A stretch of 64,000 nt of DNA. Source: an uncultured delta proteobacterium. Its GTDB lineage: Bacteria; Desulfobacterota; Binatia; UBA9968. The translations under genes and the position numbers were made by a program. The notes under the pieces are model-generated. The model searched no databases. It saw only the letters and a program-made list of their open reading frames with translations, and was not told the origin of the DNA. The number at the start of each line of letters is the position of its first letter. Position 1 is the stretch's first letter. The stretch covers positions 55,678-119,677 of the forward strand of contig CAWJBB010000068.1 in the NCBI GenBank assembly GCA_963840855.1. Reading direction: 5' to 3'. Positions 19,067-31,580 of the stretch are shown here, piece after piece.

Positions 19067-19564
19067 CTATTGCGCAGGCCTGCGCACATTTTCGAGATAG
19101 CTTTGGCCGCGCCGCAAAAGCGCGAATACCAGCGGCGCGATCACAGCAGCTATCAAGGCTTCCATAATTATATACCGCACTGCCCCGGTCCAAAACCCCT
19201 CCGTGGTCAGAAAAATCGCCCACGCCACGACGAGTGCAGCGCCTTTCACCAGAGCCGCCAGTAACACCACCAGTGTGCTCGCAACGGGATTGTGCATCCA
19301 TATCGATCGCGAACTCAGATAAACCGTGAGAAAGACCACCGACATGGCAAAAGCGTTGAGCCCCAAAATGGGGCTGGAAACGACGTCCAGCGAGTAGCCC
19401 AGCGCGAATGATCCCAACACCGCCCCCGCCGTTGGCTGATGCAATCCCCAATAGACGCAAAGTATCAACACCAGGTCGGGAACGACGGGAAAGAGTTGTA
19501 AAAAAGTCGACTGTAATAGAACCATCAACAGCCCGATCGAGAAGATTAGCAGCGAGAATCTCAT
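19067..19564 (-). CDS. mreD: MreD
   Basis: Hydrophobic 165 aa with PDLVLIL; lies between mreC and mrdA. Confidence 0.88.
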   Translation of the reverse strand: MRFSLLIFSIGLLMVLLQSTFLQLFPVVPDLVLILCVYWGLHQPTAGAVLGSFALGYSLDVVSSPILGLNAFAMSVVFLTVYLSSRSIWMHNPVASTLVVLLAALVKGAALVVAWAIFLTTEGFWTGAVRYIIMEALIAAVIAPLVFALLRRGQSYLENVRRPAQ

Positions 19565-19598
19565 CTGTTCGCAGGCTCTGTCGAAGAATCGGGGAGAG

Positions 19599-20432
19599 TC
19601 ACTTTCGCTCCTGGACTTGCTGAGCGCTCACTACGAGCACGTGTTCCGTGCGCTCGAGGGTGACCGCCGGCATGACGCCAATCTGCTGAAAAAGTCCGAC
19701 AGTCTGCTTGCGGACCGTAGTTACCGTGGCCACCATCATCCCTCTGGGATAGACGCCGTCCAGTCCAGAAGTGACGAGGCGGTCGCCGACTTGAACATCC
19801 TCGCTATGCTTGACGTATTTCATGATCGGACCGTTCTCCAGCGAACCGGACACGATGCCTCGCGCGCGGGTGCGTTGCACGACCACGTCCACGCCGCTGT
19901 TGGGATCGATAATCAGCAGCACCTTGGCAGTGCGCGGGGCAAGCTCGATGACCCGACCCAATGCGCCTAATGGCGTCACCACCGCCATACCCGTGCGGAT
20001 GCCATCGGCGCTGCCCTTGTCCAACAGACAGCTCTTGAACCACGGACTGGCACTCGCGGCTATGATCGACGCCGTGATGCCGCTGCCCGGCACCTGAGAG
20101 CGAAACTCCAATAACTGTTGTAGGCGCCGGTTGGTCGCGTCCGATTCCATAAGACGATTACGTTCTTTTTCAAGTTCGATGAGTTTCTGCCGGAGTCGTT
20201 CATTCTCAACTTTGTAGCCCTCCAGCGTAAGGTAGCTTTCCCGGAACCCCTTGATCCAACCGGTGGCGGTTTGGAACATGACCTGAAGCGGCCGCAATAC
20301 CCAAAGCAGCGTCGGACCTACCGGATCGCTTTTTAAGTACCCACGCGCCGCCGCGGTGAGAATGTAAATGGATAGGAAAACGCAAAGGCAGGAGCTAACG
20401 GGAACTTGGTACTTGCGCAGAAATACGAACAT
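19599..20432 (-). CDS. mreC: MreC
   Basis: TM plus coiled coil (ENERLR), DKGS.DGI, GDRLVTSGLDG.YP. Confidence 0.95.
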   Translation of the reverse strand: MFVFLRKYQVPVSSCLCVFLSIYILTAAARGYLKSDPVGPTLLWVLRPLQVMFQTATGWIKGFRESYLTLEGYKVENERLRQKLIELEKERNRLMESDATNRRLQQLLEFRSQVPGSGITASIIAASASPWFKSCLLDKGSADGIRTGMAVVTPLGALGRVIELAPRTAKVLLIIDPNSGVDVVVQRTRARGIVSGSLENGPIMKYVKHSEDVQVGDRLVTSGLDGVYPRGMMVATVTTVRKQTVGLFQQIGVMPAVTLERTEHVLVVSAQQVQERK

Positions 20433-20480
20433 GAGGGCTCGGTCGCCAAAAAAGGCGGGAGACTCAGGGACTACGCGTGA

Positions 20481-21680
<1,200 letters not shown>

Positions 21681-21711
21681 CTACACTGCGTGCCCGAAAG
21701 GTCCCTAACTC

Positions 21712-23622
21712 ATGCTCGACTTTTTAAGGAAACGTAAAAGATCTTGGATCATCACGTTTCTCCTCGGCATCATCATCGTGGTTTTTGTCGCTTTTTACGG
21801 CGGCACTCAATTTCAGGACTCAGGAGTTCTCCATGTCGGCACGGTCAACGGCGAGATCATCACTCAGCGCGAATTCGCCCAGCGCTATCAACGGGAAGTG
21901 AACCGTTACCGCGATCTTTTCAAGGGTTCACTGACCCCCGATATGCTCAAGAGCCTGAATCTCGAGGCCATGCTTATCGACGATCTCGTCAACAAGAAGT
22001 TGGCGCTGCAGGAAGCGCGCAAACTAGGAATTACGATCACCGATGATGAGTTGGCGCTCGCCATCGCCAAGGCGCCCGAATTTCAGATCAGCGGCAGCTT
22101 CAACAAAGGTCGCTACCTGCAACTTCTTGGCGCCAACAAAATCAGCCCGGCGGAATTCGAAGACGAGCAGAGAGAGCAATTGATGCTGCAAAGACTGTAC
22201 GAGGTGGTGACGGACGCGGTGCGAATTACCGACGCCCAGCTGCAAGAACGTTACCGTTTCGCGCACGAGAAGATCAATCTTCACTTTATCCGGTTGCCGC
22301 TCAGCGATTTCACGGCGTCGGTCAAGCTCACAGACGACGAAATTAATAATTTCTATCAACGCAACCAGGAGATGCTTAAGGAACCGCCAAAGGTTCAAGT
22401 CGAGTATCTCGCCTATCCCTTCGACAAATTCACCGCGGCGGTAAGAATTACGGACCAAGAGATAGAAGATTACTATAAGGCCAACCGGGATACGAAGTTT
22501 CGCAAACCCAGGCAGGCCAAGGTGAAATATATTTCGCTTCGTCTTGCGCCCGACGCCGCGGCCAAAGAAAAGGAAGCCGTCAATGCGCGCGCCGCGCGCA
22601 TTGTCGCCGACGCCCGCGGAGGAAAAGATTTCAATCAGATCATTAAGGAGGTTTCCGCCGATCCGGCCAGTGCCAGCGGCGGCGACGCCGGCTGGGTCGT
22701 GCAGGGACAGCTGCCACCGCAACTGGAAAAAGCCGTCTTCAGCCTTGCCAAAGGCCAGGTCAGCGACGCGGTGGACGCGCCCGGCGGTCTGCAAATCGTC
22801 AAGGTCGAAGACTTCAAGGATGAAAAAACCGAAAGCGTGAAGGAAGCCGGCGCTGAGATCACGAAGACGTTAACCGGAGAAAAAGCGAAACGGGCCGCCG
22901 CCGCGGCCGCCGACAGCGATCGCGAGAAAGCATTGTCGGGGGTGGATTTTGCCAAGCTGGCGGGGGAGAGCTCCAATAGCGTCAATGTGACGCGCCTGTT
23001 TGCCAACGGCGAAGTGCTCCCGGAAATCGGGCAAAACCAGGAGTTTTACAAGAACGCCTTTGCCTTGGACGCCAAAGGAATCAGCCCCATCGTAGAAGGC
23101 AACGCAGCGTATTATTTGCTGCGGCTGAAACAGAAAAAAGAAGCGGCGGTGCCGCCGTTGGCAGAGATCAGGCCAAAAATCGAACAGAACATTGCCGGTA
23201 GCAAAGCCCAGGACTTGCTTGCGCAAAAAGCAAATACCCTCTTGGAACAACTCAGGAAGGAGAAAAACATCGCGCGCCTCGCCGAGCAAAACGGCTTGAA
23301 ACTGGACGAAACGGGATTGTTTGCGCGCGGCGCCGGACAGTTGCCGAAGATCGGTGAATTGCAAGATTTGATGACGCGTGGAATTCCTGTATCCGCGCAA
23401 AGCCCCATTGCCGATAAGGTTTACAAGCAAAAGGATGCTGCGTATATCATCGCCTTCAAATCTAGCGAACCGGCCGATATAACGCGCTTCGAACAAGAAA
23501 AAGATACGCTCAAAAAGCAAGCCCTCTCGGAAGCCCAACAGCGCGTGGTAAAAAAATTCATCGATGGACTTAAAGCAAAGGCCGATATCAGGATGCAAAA
23601 CCTTGGCGTCGGAGAAAGCTAG
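21712..23622 (+). CDS. ppiD: PpiD-like periplasmic chaperone/parvulin PPIase
   Basis: N-terminal TM anchor, SurA-N (VNGEIIT), rotamase S.D..S...GGD.GW. Confidence 0.85.
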   Translation: MLDFLRKRKRSWIITFLLGIIIVVFVAFYGGTQFQDSGVLHVGTVNGEIITQREFAQRYQREVNRYRDLFKGSLTPDMLKSLNLEAMLIDDLVNKKLALQEARKLGITITDDELALAIAKAPEFQISGSFNKGRYLQLLGANKISPAEFEDEQREQLMLQRLYEVVTDAVRITDAQLQERYRFAHEKINLHFIRLPLSDFTASVKLTDDEINNFYQRNQEMLKEPPKVQVEYLAYPFDKFTAAVRITDQEIEDYYKANRDTKFRKPRQAKVKYISLRLAPDAAAKEKEAVNARAARIVADARGGKDFNQIIKEVSADPASASGGDAGWVVQGQLPPQLEKAVFSLAKGQVSDAVDAPGGLQIVKVEDFKDEKTESVKEAGAEITKTLTGEKAKRAAAAAADSDREKALSGVDFAKLAGESSNSVNVTRLFANGEVLPEIGQNQEFYKNAFALDAKGISPIVEGNAAYYLLRLKQKKEAAVPPLAEIRPKIEQNIAGSKAQDLLAQKANTLLEQLRKEKNIARLAEQNGLKLDETGLFARGAGQLPKIGELQDLMTRGIPVSAQSPIADKVYKQKDAAYIIAFKSSEPADITRFEQEKDTLKKQALSEAQQRVVKKFIDGLKAKADIRMQNLGVGES

Positions 23623-23643
23623 TCCGAGGCGCGAGGAATAACG

Positions 23644-24249
23644 TTGGAGGTCGTTCTTGTCCGACATGGCGCCACCGACTGGAATCTTCAGGGCCGTTGC
23701 CAAGGTTCCTCGGATCGAGCGCTCAGCGAAGCCGGTGAACGCCAGGCCGAGGAAGTTGCTGCTAACCTTAGCCAGGAGAAGTTGAGCGGCGTCTATTCGA
23801 GCGGCTTGATTCGCGCCAGGCGCACCGCGCAATTCATCAGCCGGCCGCACGGCCTGCCAGTGCGGATCGAAAACGACGTGCGCGAGCTCGATCACGGCGC
23901 CCTCGAGGGGCTGACGTTCAACGAAATCAAAGAGCAATATCCCGACTTCATCCAGAGGTGGCGCACCGAGCCGGCTGAACTTCAGGTGCCGGGGGGCGAG
24001 AGATTAATAGATGTTCAACGACGCGCCTGGGAAGGTTTAAACCGCATCGTGGACCGTCACGAGAAACGTGAAACGGTGGTCGTCGTGAGCCACAACTTTC
24101 CGATCCTCGGAATTATCTGTCACGTCACCGGCACGCATTTGAATAGCTACCGCTCTTTCCACCTCGAACCATGCGGCCACACCCGGCTGCAATTGGACGC
24201 CGGCGCGTGGCGGTTAACGCATATCAACGACAAGATTTACGCGCCGTAA
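23644..24249 (+). CDS. Histidine phosphatase family protein (CobC/PspA-like)
   Basis: LVRHGATDWN, YSS.L.RA, ELDHG.LEG, PGGE, VVSH. Confidence 0.9.
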   Translation: MEVVLVRHGATDWNLQGRCQGSSDRALSEAGERQAEEVAANLSQEKLSGVYSSGLIRARRTAQFISRPHGLPVRIENDVRELDHGALEGLTFNEIKEQYPDFIQRWRTEPAELQVPGGERLIDVQRRAWEGLNRIVDRHEKRETVVVVSHNFPILGIICHVTGTHLNSYRSFHLEPCGHTRLQLDAGAWRLTHINDKIYAP

Positions 24250-24270
24250 ACCGCGCCGGGCGTTTAAGCA

Positions 24271-24360
24271 GTTTGGAGTTCCAGGTCTTGAGTCTCGAGT
24301 TCCGATTCGCCACCTAACACCCGAAACCTGAAACTGCAACACGAGACCCGAGACTCTAGA
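24271..24360. repeat. 7-mer tandem-array hairpin between convergent genes
   Basis: tttggag ttccagg tcttgag tctcgag / acccgaa acctgaa..acccgag actctag. Confidence 0.65.
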
Positions 24361-25900
24361 CGCTGGACCGCTTCGCCAGTGACGCGACAGCAAAAAACAG
24401 CGCTGCGAGCATCAGATAACCCGCGGCAAACTCGGGCGCCGCAAGAAAACCAAATCGATTGACAACCCCGGCCGGCGTAAGATCGTAGGCATGGATCACG
24501 CCGATGGCGGACAACGCTGATGCGGCGAGCGACCACAGGCCGGCCCGTTCAAAACGTCTTTCGATAAGCGCCACACCGATGGCTGCGAGAATCATAGAAG
24601 TAAAAATAAACCCACGCTCCAACGAGATCATGCCGTGAATTGCCAGGCTCTCCTGGTTGAATCTGGGCAGACCGACTTCATACAGTGATTTACCCGCCGC
24701 CCTGACGCCGGTCTCGACCATCAATAGTCCCCAGCCGGCCAATGCGGGGACGATGCCTAGCGCCACCGCCGGGGCGTGTTCTTTTGGCGTCTCTTGAAAG
24801 GACTGAGCGACAATGATGATGCCGATGTAGAGGAGAATGCCGATCCCGGCTTCAAGGGGTATGAGGCCGAGCACAACCTGGATCGTGCCTGTGAGGCAAA
24901 GAAAACTGATGAAGATGCCATTGAGCGCGGAATAGCCGGAGCGCGCGCCGAGCCGTTTCCAGCCTGGGTGACCGATGTAGATGGTCGTGGGAAAGACGCT
25001 GCCAAAGCAAGCCGCCACGACGGAGCCGATGCCGTTGGCCATGAGCGATGGAAATGTCTCAAATCGATCGCCCGCGGCCTCGGCGCTTTCGATGTTTTGC
25101 AACGACCCGACGACATTGAAAATCCCCATGGGGAAAATCACCGAGAAATAATTGAGAAACGCCGGATGCATCATCGCTTCCCAGAGCGACCCCACTGCAA
25201 AGCTAGGCGCTGAAAACGTAACGTCTACGACAAGAGCTTTCCCGTTCATCGTGCCAAGCAACCAAGCGAGGATCGTACCAACCGCGACGGCCACCATTCC
25301 TCCAGGCAAACCAAGAGGTAGTTTCTGATGGGAAAAATAAGCGACGAAGATCAACGCCATCGGCACCAACGCAACCAACGGCTGGGCAAAAATCTTGAAT
25401 GTAAAATCCATGGCGATGAAAGTAATCGCGATGCCCGCTAAGGCGGAAAGCAGCGCCGCTCTTGGCGTCACCCGGCGCACGCTCTCGGCTATGAACGCGC
25501 AAATGATTTCGATGACACCGTTGAGAAAGCACGCGACCAGCCCGACTTTCCAAGCCCACACCGGATCCTTGGTCTCGAGATAGATCGGCAACATGATGAA
25601 AAAAACGAAGGCGAAGAGACTCACGGTATTGATGCCGTAGGGCAACGCAGTCACATCGTCCCGGCCCGTCGCGCGCGCGAGCCGGCGCGCCTGCCAGGCA
25701 TAGAAAACATTGCCGGCCAGGATCGAGATCGCCGCGCCCGGGAGGATCTTGCCGAAAATGAAACTGTCCGGCAGATGAATCAGTTCGCGGCAGAGACCGA
25801 CGATGAGAATGAGCTGAATCAAGTTGTCGATCATCAGACCGAAGAACCCGTCCAAATCCTTGCGCACGAACCAGGGTGGGTTGGATAATGATTGTGACAT
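24356..25900 (-). CDS. NCS2/AzgA-like permease
   Basis: DLDGFFGL..DNL, TALPYGINT, ESAEAAGD, TTIYIGHPGWK. Confidence 0.85.
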   Translation of the reverse strand: MSQSLSNPPWFVRKDLDGFFGLMIDNLIQLILIVGLCRELIHLPDSFIFGKILPGAAISILAGNVFYAWQARRLARATGRDDVTALPYGINTVSLFAFVFFIMLPIYLETKDPVWAWKVGLVACFLNGVIEIICAFIAESVRRVTPRAALLSALAGIAITFIAMDFTFKIFAQPLVALVPMALIFVAYFSHQKLPLGLPGGMVAVAVGTILAWLLGTMNGKALVVDVTFSAPSFAVGSLWEAMMHPAFLNYFSVIFPMGIFNVVGSLQNIESAEAAGDRFETFPSLMANGIGSVVAACFGSVFPTTIYIGHPGWKRLGARSGYSALNGIFISFLCLTGTIQVVLGLIPLEAGIGILLYIGIIIVAQSFQETPKEHAPAVALGIVPALAGWGLLMVETGVRAAGKSLYEVGLPRFNQESLAIHGMISLERGFIFTSMILAAIGVALIERRFERAGLWSLAASALSAIGVIHAYDLTPAGVVNRFGFLAAPEFAAGYLMLAALFFAVASLAKRSSV

Positions 25901-26023
25901 GAGATGAGTTTCCTGTTTTGAAATTTCGCCGAATGTAGCTGTCACGGCTTTATTCTGTCAATCGGAATGACCGCTAACGAAATGAATCAGGAGGCAAGGC
26001 AGCACCGTCGCCAACGGGGCGTA

Positions 26024-29000
26024 TTACACGTCTCGATCAGACATGACTGGAAGCCCGGGCTCATACGTCGCCGTGAACACGGTGTCCGCCAGCCACTTCT
26101 GAAACGCGGGGTTCTCGCTAAATTGTTTGAACAGTTCGGTGTGGTCCGACAACAGGCCGACGAGTACTTTCTTCAAGGCGATGTCGTGTTCGATCCGAGC
26201 GTTTTGCTTGTCTGAGTTTTTCATGGCGTTCTGGTAGGCTTTATCTGCGGCGACCTTCGCAGGAATTTCCTCGGTGATAACCTTGCTGATTTTGTCCGCG
26301 TCCTTCCAGTCGATGTTCCCAAATTGATCATTGAACGCCTTGAGGATATTGCTCAGCCGGTCAAGCTCCGGTTCGGGTTTGTGCCCTCCGCCGATTGTCG
26401 GAACAGGCCCGATCTCTGCGTCGGCATCCGGTAATTGGATCTGGATTGCAGCCTGCTTTTCGACACGGTAACTATCCATGTCAATGGTTTCGAGAATGCC
26501 TTTTGAGAGATCTTGCTCCTCTGGCGCCGGCAATTTCGGGATAAGAAAGTTGAGGAAGATAGAGCGTTTCTCCCACTCCGCGTTCGTGTACGGCAAAATT
26601 GACGAGAGAAAGCCGTAGGTGCGGACGAATGCCTTGGCTTTTCCCTTGAAGTCTACTTGACCGTCCTCATCGAGCTCCTCTTTATAGGTGGCCACACAGC
26701 CATCGAGAATCGGGTCGAGCTTGTCACGGTCGGCTCCGCCCAAATAGAGCCCCACTAATTGATCGACCTGTTCCTGCGCGTACACCTGATAACCATCCAG
26801 GGCGGCTTTCAAATCGTGGAGTTTGTTAGGATCCGTCTCCTCGCTGAGGATTGTCGTGCGATAATAGTCCGTGAAGGCGTCCTGAATCGTATCGGTGTCA
26901 TTCATGAAATCTAAGACGAACGTGTCATACTTCTGCGGTCGCGCGCGGTTCAGCCGCGATAACGTCTGCACCGCCTTGATCCCGCTCAGGACTTTATCGA
27001 CGTACATCGTATGCAAGAGCGGCTCGTCGTAACCGGTTTGAAATTTGTCCGCGCATATTAGAAACCGGTAAGGGTCTTCTTGGATCTTGTCAGCAATTTT
27101 GTTACTTGGGAATCCGTTCAGCGACGCCTCCGTGACTTTCACACCGCCATAATCATGCTCGCCCGAAAAGGCGACGATCGCCCGGGTAGGGCTCTTCCGC
27201 TCCTTCAGATAGTCGCGAATGGTGTGAAAATACTGGATGGCGCGCTGTACACCGCTACACACGACCATCGCCCGAGCCTGCCCGCCGATCTTATTCAAAC
27301 CGATCACCTGCTCGTGGAAATGATCCGCCATGATCTCGGCCTTAAGTCGGATGGCGTGGTCATGGCTCTCGACATATCGGCGCAGCTTCTTTTTTGCTCG
27401 TTTGGTGTCGAATTCTGGATCGGCCTCGACCGTCTTCACAAGTCGATAGTAACTCTCGACCGGAGTGTAGCTCTTCAAAACGTCGAGGATGAAGCCTTCC
27501 TGAATCGCCTGCTTCATCGTGTAGCTATGGAACGGCCGGTGTTTTACCTTTCCGACCTCGTTGTAAGCTTCACCAAAGATTTCCAGCGTCTTATTCTTGG
27601 GAGTGGCGGTAAACGCGAAGTAGCTAGCATTGGGCAGCATCTTCCGCGCTTCCATGATCCGGTTAATCTGATCCTCAAGCGTCTCCTCGTCTTCGTCACC
27701 GCCCTCTTCGGAAAGGGCGATGTTCAGTTTCGCGGCTGCCCGGCCACCCTGGCTGGAATGAGCTTCGTCGATGATGATCGCGAATTTCCGCCCACGGTGC
27801 TCATCCCCAATTTCGTCAAGAATGACCGGAAACTTTTGGATGGTCGTAATAATGATCTTCTTGCCGCTCTCAATAAACTTCCGGAGATCACCCGAGTGCG
27901 CGGCATGGCCGACCGTGGCGCTTACCTGGCTATACTGCTTAATGGTGTCGCGGATTTGCTTATCGAGGATGCGCCGATCCGTGATAACGATGATCGAGTC
28001 GAAGAGCGGCACTTCCTCTTTTTTGAGGTCAATGAGCTGGTGCGCCAGCCAGGCGATGGAGTTCGATTTTCCGCTACCAGGCGGAATGCTGGATAAGATA
28101 GCGATGGCCAACGCCCTCTTCGGCGCTTGCGGCAAGCAACTTCCTGACAACGTCAAGCTGATGGTAGCGCGGAAAGATCTGCTCGCGCTTCTTCCTACCG
28201 GTTTTTGGGTCCTTGCTCTCGACTATCTGAGCATAGTTCTCAATAATGTTGGTGAGACCTCGTCTCGTTAGCGCCTGCTTCCAGAGGTAATCAGTTTTTA
28301 GACCCTCCGGATTGGGCGGATTTCCCGCACCGTTGTTCCAGCCTTTGTTAAACGGGAGAAACCATGAAGCCTTCCCTTTGAGTTGCGTGCAGAACTGGAC
28401 TTCGTGATCGTCAACAGCGAAGTGAAGGATACATCGGCCGAACTGGAATAACAGTTCCCGCTGATCGCGGTCGCGTTTGTACTGCTCCACCGCATCCGCA
28501 AACGGTCTGTTTCGTTAGACTGTTTTTTAATTCGAACGTGGCGATCGGTAGACCATTGATGAAAAGACAGAGATCGAGGGCAAGTTGTGTCTCATCTCTG
28601 CTGTATCTGAGCTGCCGAGATACGTTGAAGCGGTTCTGAGCGAAGAGTTTTCTTGCCTTATCATTTCCCGGAGACGGAGTGCCGTAGAAAAGATCAACAT
28701 GGTGCGCTCCGTGCTTGATACCGCGCCGGAGCACGTCGATCACGCCTCGTTTTGTAATCTCGCCTTGGAGCCGAGCTAGAAAAGTTCGCCGTGTGGGACT
28801 GTCATGCTCAAGATCGAGTGCCTGAACCAGCGGTCGCTGGGTCTCGAAGATAAAGTTACCAAGCTGCGGCAGGTCTACTGCATACTCGCGGTCGTAGGAT
28901 TTGGCATCGCCGAGAATCCAACCGCCCCTGCCGAAACCTGCCTCTGAATCGGCCGCCTCTTCCGGTTTAAGCGGCAGTTGCTCCGGGTCTGCCAGTCATC

Positions 29001-29050
29001 GCGGCAATGATTAGGCTTTCGAGGCCCTTTTCGCTTGTGTCGGTGGTCAC
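26024..29050 (-). CDS. hsdR: Type I restriction enzyme R subunit; several frameshifts in the N-terminal third
   Basis: GTG start MTTDTSEKGLE, INGLPIATFELKN, HSAGSGKS (split by a frameshift), DEAHSSQ, FTATP, QTGYDEP, QTLSRLNR. Confidence 0.9.
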
Positions 29051-29152
29051 GCCAGCCATTTCATCAAGTACACATCAAATACCGCGGCCTAATATAAGTC
29101 ATTGATATTTCTTGCTTTACCGCGCTGCTAGTCATACCTTAGCCTCGTTTCA

Positions 29153-29260
29153 TCAAGTACGAACTTCTCGACGAGGGTCAGCCCAGATCGGAACACAGCG
29201 CATCAGCTTAGGTTCGCGCACCAGGCTCACAGGATACTCGGCAGATCGGTCGGTGGTCAT
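29153..29260 (-). pseudogene. 35-aa remnant, probably an internally deleted AlbA/Schlafen-ATPase-type accessory gene
   Basis: ATGA-coupled to the hsdS stop; MTTDRSAEYPVSLVRE joined directly to PKLMRCVPIWA. Confidence 0.45.
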
Positions 29261-30707
29261 GCCTCGTTCGCGTCTGGGAAAGTATCGGTGGCCGAGCCCC
29301 CGTTGTCTTCTTCGCCCTCGCTTAGCATTTCCGTGTCATCGAGTTGCTCAGCTCTTCGATTTCCTCCGGCAACTTTGCAGCCGCCTCGCGCACGTCGAGC
29401 TGTCCCGTCACCACATCCGCCACTAAGCGCGTCCGATATTCGCGGATCAACGCGATCTCACGCTCAGTGCGAGCGATGGCGGTGTCGAAAGTCACTAACT
29501 CGGAATCGAGAAAATCGCACATTGCGTCCTGCTCTGCCTTCGAAGGGACAAGCACTGTGAGGGCCTTGATATCGCTAATGTTGATTCGCTTGAAAGTTGA
29601 GCCGACGAGAAGGAGTTCTAACTGATGCACCATGAATCGGCTATGGAGCAAATAGTTTAGAAAGCGCTGATTCTGAGACTGCGAGCGGATTAGGCACACG
29701 TCCTGTCCCATCGCAAAATCAATGTCGGTCTCTATGATCGCGCAGGCACCGACGCTCGTATTTCGGCAATAAATGAGATCACCGCGCTTTGGCTTGCGGT
29801 TACCTTCAATCAGAAGACGATACCATTCCGGTTTTGTCTTCTTACATCGACGGAGATCTAACGTGAAAGGTTGAACTTCGACGACGCTCGCCAAGGGGAT
29901 TCCGTCTTCAACAAAAGGAACGGTCAAGTGCTTGCAGTCAGTGACAGTCCAATAACGACGAAGAGCCGCAACTTCCCAATGCTCCGGGATCTCGCCGAGC
30001 CAAGGGATACCGCAGGGCTTAAAGCGGACGTTCGGGTCGAGACCGCGGGTCACGGCCCGGTGGATAATGGCCTGCTTCTGCTCGTTCAACAGCGCGATCA
30101 GCTTCTTCTTCGCCCGGATGTAGCGCTCGATCCGGCGGTTGGCGTGGTCGAGAAAGCGGACGATGGCGGATTTGTTCGTCGGGAGCGTGGAGCCGGGGAG
30201 ACCATGCTGATTTGAACTGGTCCCGAATGACAGCCTGTTGCCGGTCCTTGACGATTCCGCGCGAGTACGCGTCCACCTCGGACATGTAGACGTCAGTGCG
30301 AAACAAGTAGCTGTAGTACTCGTGTCGCGACTTCGCGCAAAAGGACGCTGCGACGACATACGCGGGGCTGACCAGGCCATCAACCGGTGCGACCCCTACA
30401 GCTCCCTGCCACATCCGCATCATGTTGTAGGCCAAGATCGCCCGGTAGACACGCGCGTATTGATAACTCTTCCGCAAGTCGCACATGACCTGCTTGCGCA
30501 GGGAGTTCTCGAAGTCGCGGGACACGAATACCCGTGTCTTCAGCGATGACCGTCGAGGATCGGCAGATCGCGCAAAGCCTGTGTTGCGTTTCGCTGCGCG
30601 AACAGACTGCCGTTCCGAACATATCTGCCAATGCACCGGAATCCTCCCCAACCAGGGTAGGCCAGAGTTTCTTGTATTCAGGAATAAGGCTTGAGATCGT
30701 CGATCAT
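29257..30707 (-). CDS. hsdS: Type I RM specificity subunit; frameshifted
   Basis: SGLPWLG.IP.HW; two TRDs; KKKLIALLNEQKQAIIHRAVTRGLDP spacer; EYRTRLVADVVTGQLDVR. Confidence 0.88.
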
Positions 30708-31580
30708 CGACCGACCTCTGCATCCTGGATGGCTTTTAGGGTGCGGCCATCTTTTGTTTTCCATTCTATGCGGCCATTCGCAGAACGACCAAGAACGACA
30801 CCCGCTGCGGTTGACGGTGACGCGAAGACATAGTCCTGTGTGACTGTGTAGAACGCCCCGCTATCAGCGAACACGCCTTGCTCGATCAAAGAGCGGCGCA
30901 ACTCGCTTAGGTACGCATGAATCGACGCGACTTCAGTCTTGACTGCTTGGGAGCCTTCTCGCACTACGAAACCTGTCGCGGTCTCATACCCTCTCGCAGT
31001 AACTCCCTTGGACTCAAGAACAAACTCGTTTGTCATCGGTTTGGGTAAGGGTGCCGCCTCGAAGAATCCATAACCTAGCACCGGCACGCAAAGGAGGACA
31101 TCGGCCAGAAAACCCTCGACCTCAGCAGTATCAGACTCGGACAGCGACGGCGCCTGCGGCGCGTTCCCATTATCTAGTGTGCAGCGTTTGGCGGCTTTTG
31201 CGAATTCGATAAGCCGAGATTCTAGAAATTGAACATGCGCTTTGTTGAGGTTTTGGTCTTTGCTAGTGAACGCAACGGCATGAGTCCAGAAATCCTTGTT
31301 CTTAGCGTGCTGGTCAAGGCGTGGCCCGATCGGATCGCCCTCTCCAACATAGACACGCGGTCAACTGCGACTGTCTCATCGGGACCAACGAGAAAATACA
31401 CACCGGCGCGTTGGAGCTCTGTGCGTGCTCCGAGTCTCAACGAAAGAGCGTACGTGGGATAACAAGCCCTGCTCCCGGTCCAATTCGATTTTTCGATGAC
31501 CTTGACTCCGTCAGGGTCACCCCCCGGAAGAAAAAGCCTTCACCGAAAACGCCTTTGGGGCGTTCCCAACTGCTGTTCAT
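30704..31580 (-). CDS. GIY-YIG / DUF4357 putative nuclease; frameshifted
   Basis: GDPDGVKVIEKSNWTG, GVYFLVG, YVGEGD across frames; C-terminal QDYVFASPSTAAGVVLGRSANGRIEWK; ATGA overlaps with both hsdM and hsdS. Confidence 0.8.
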
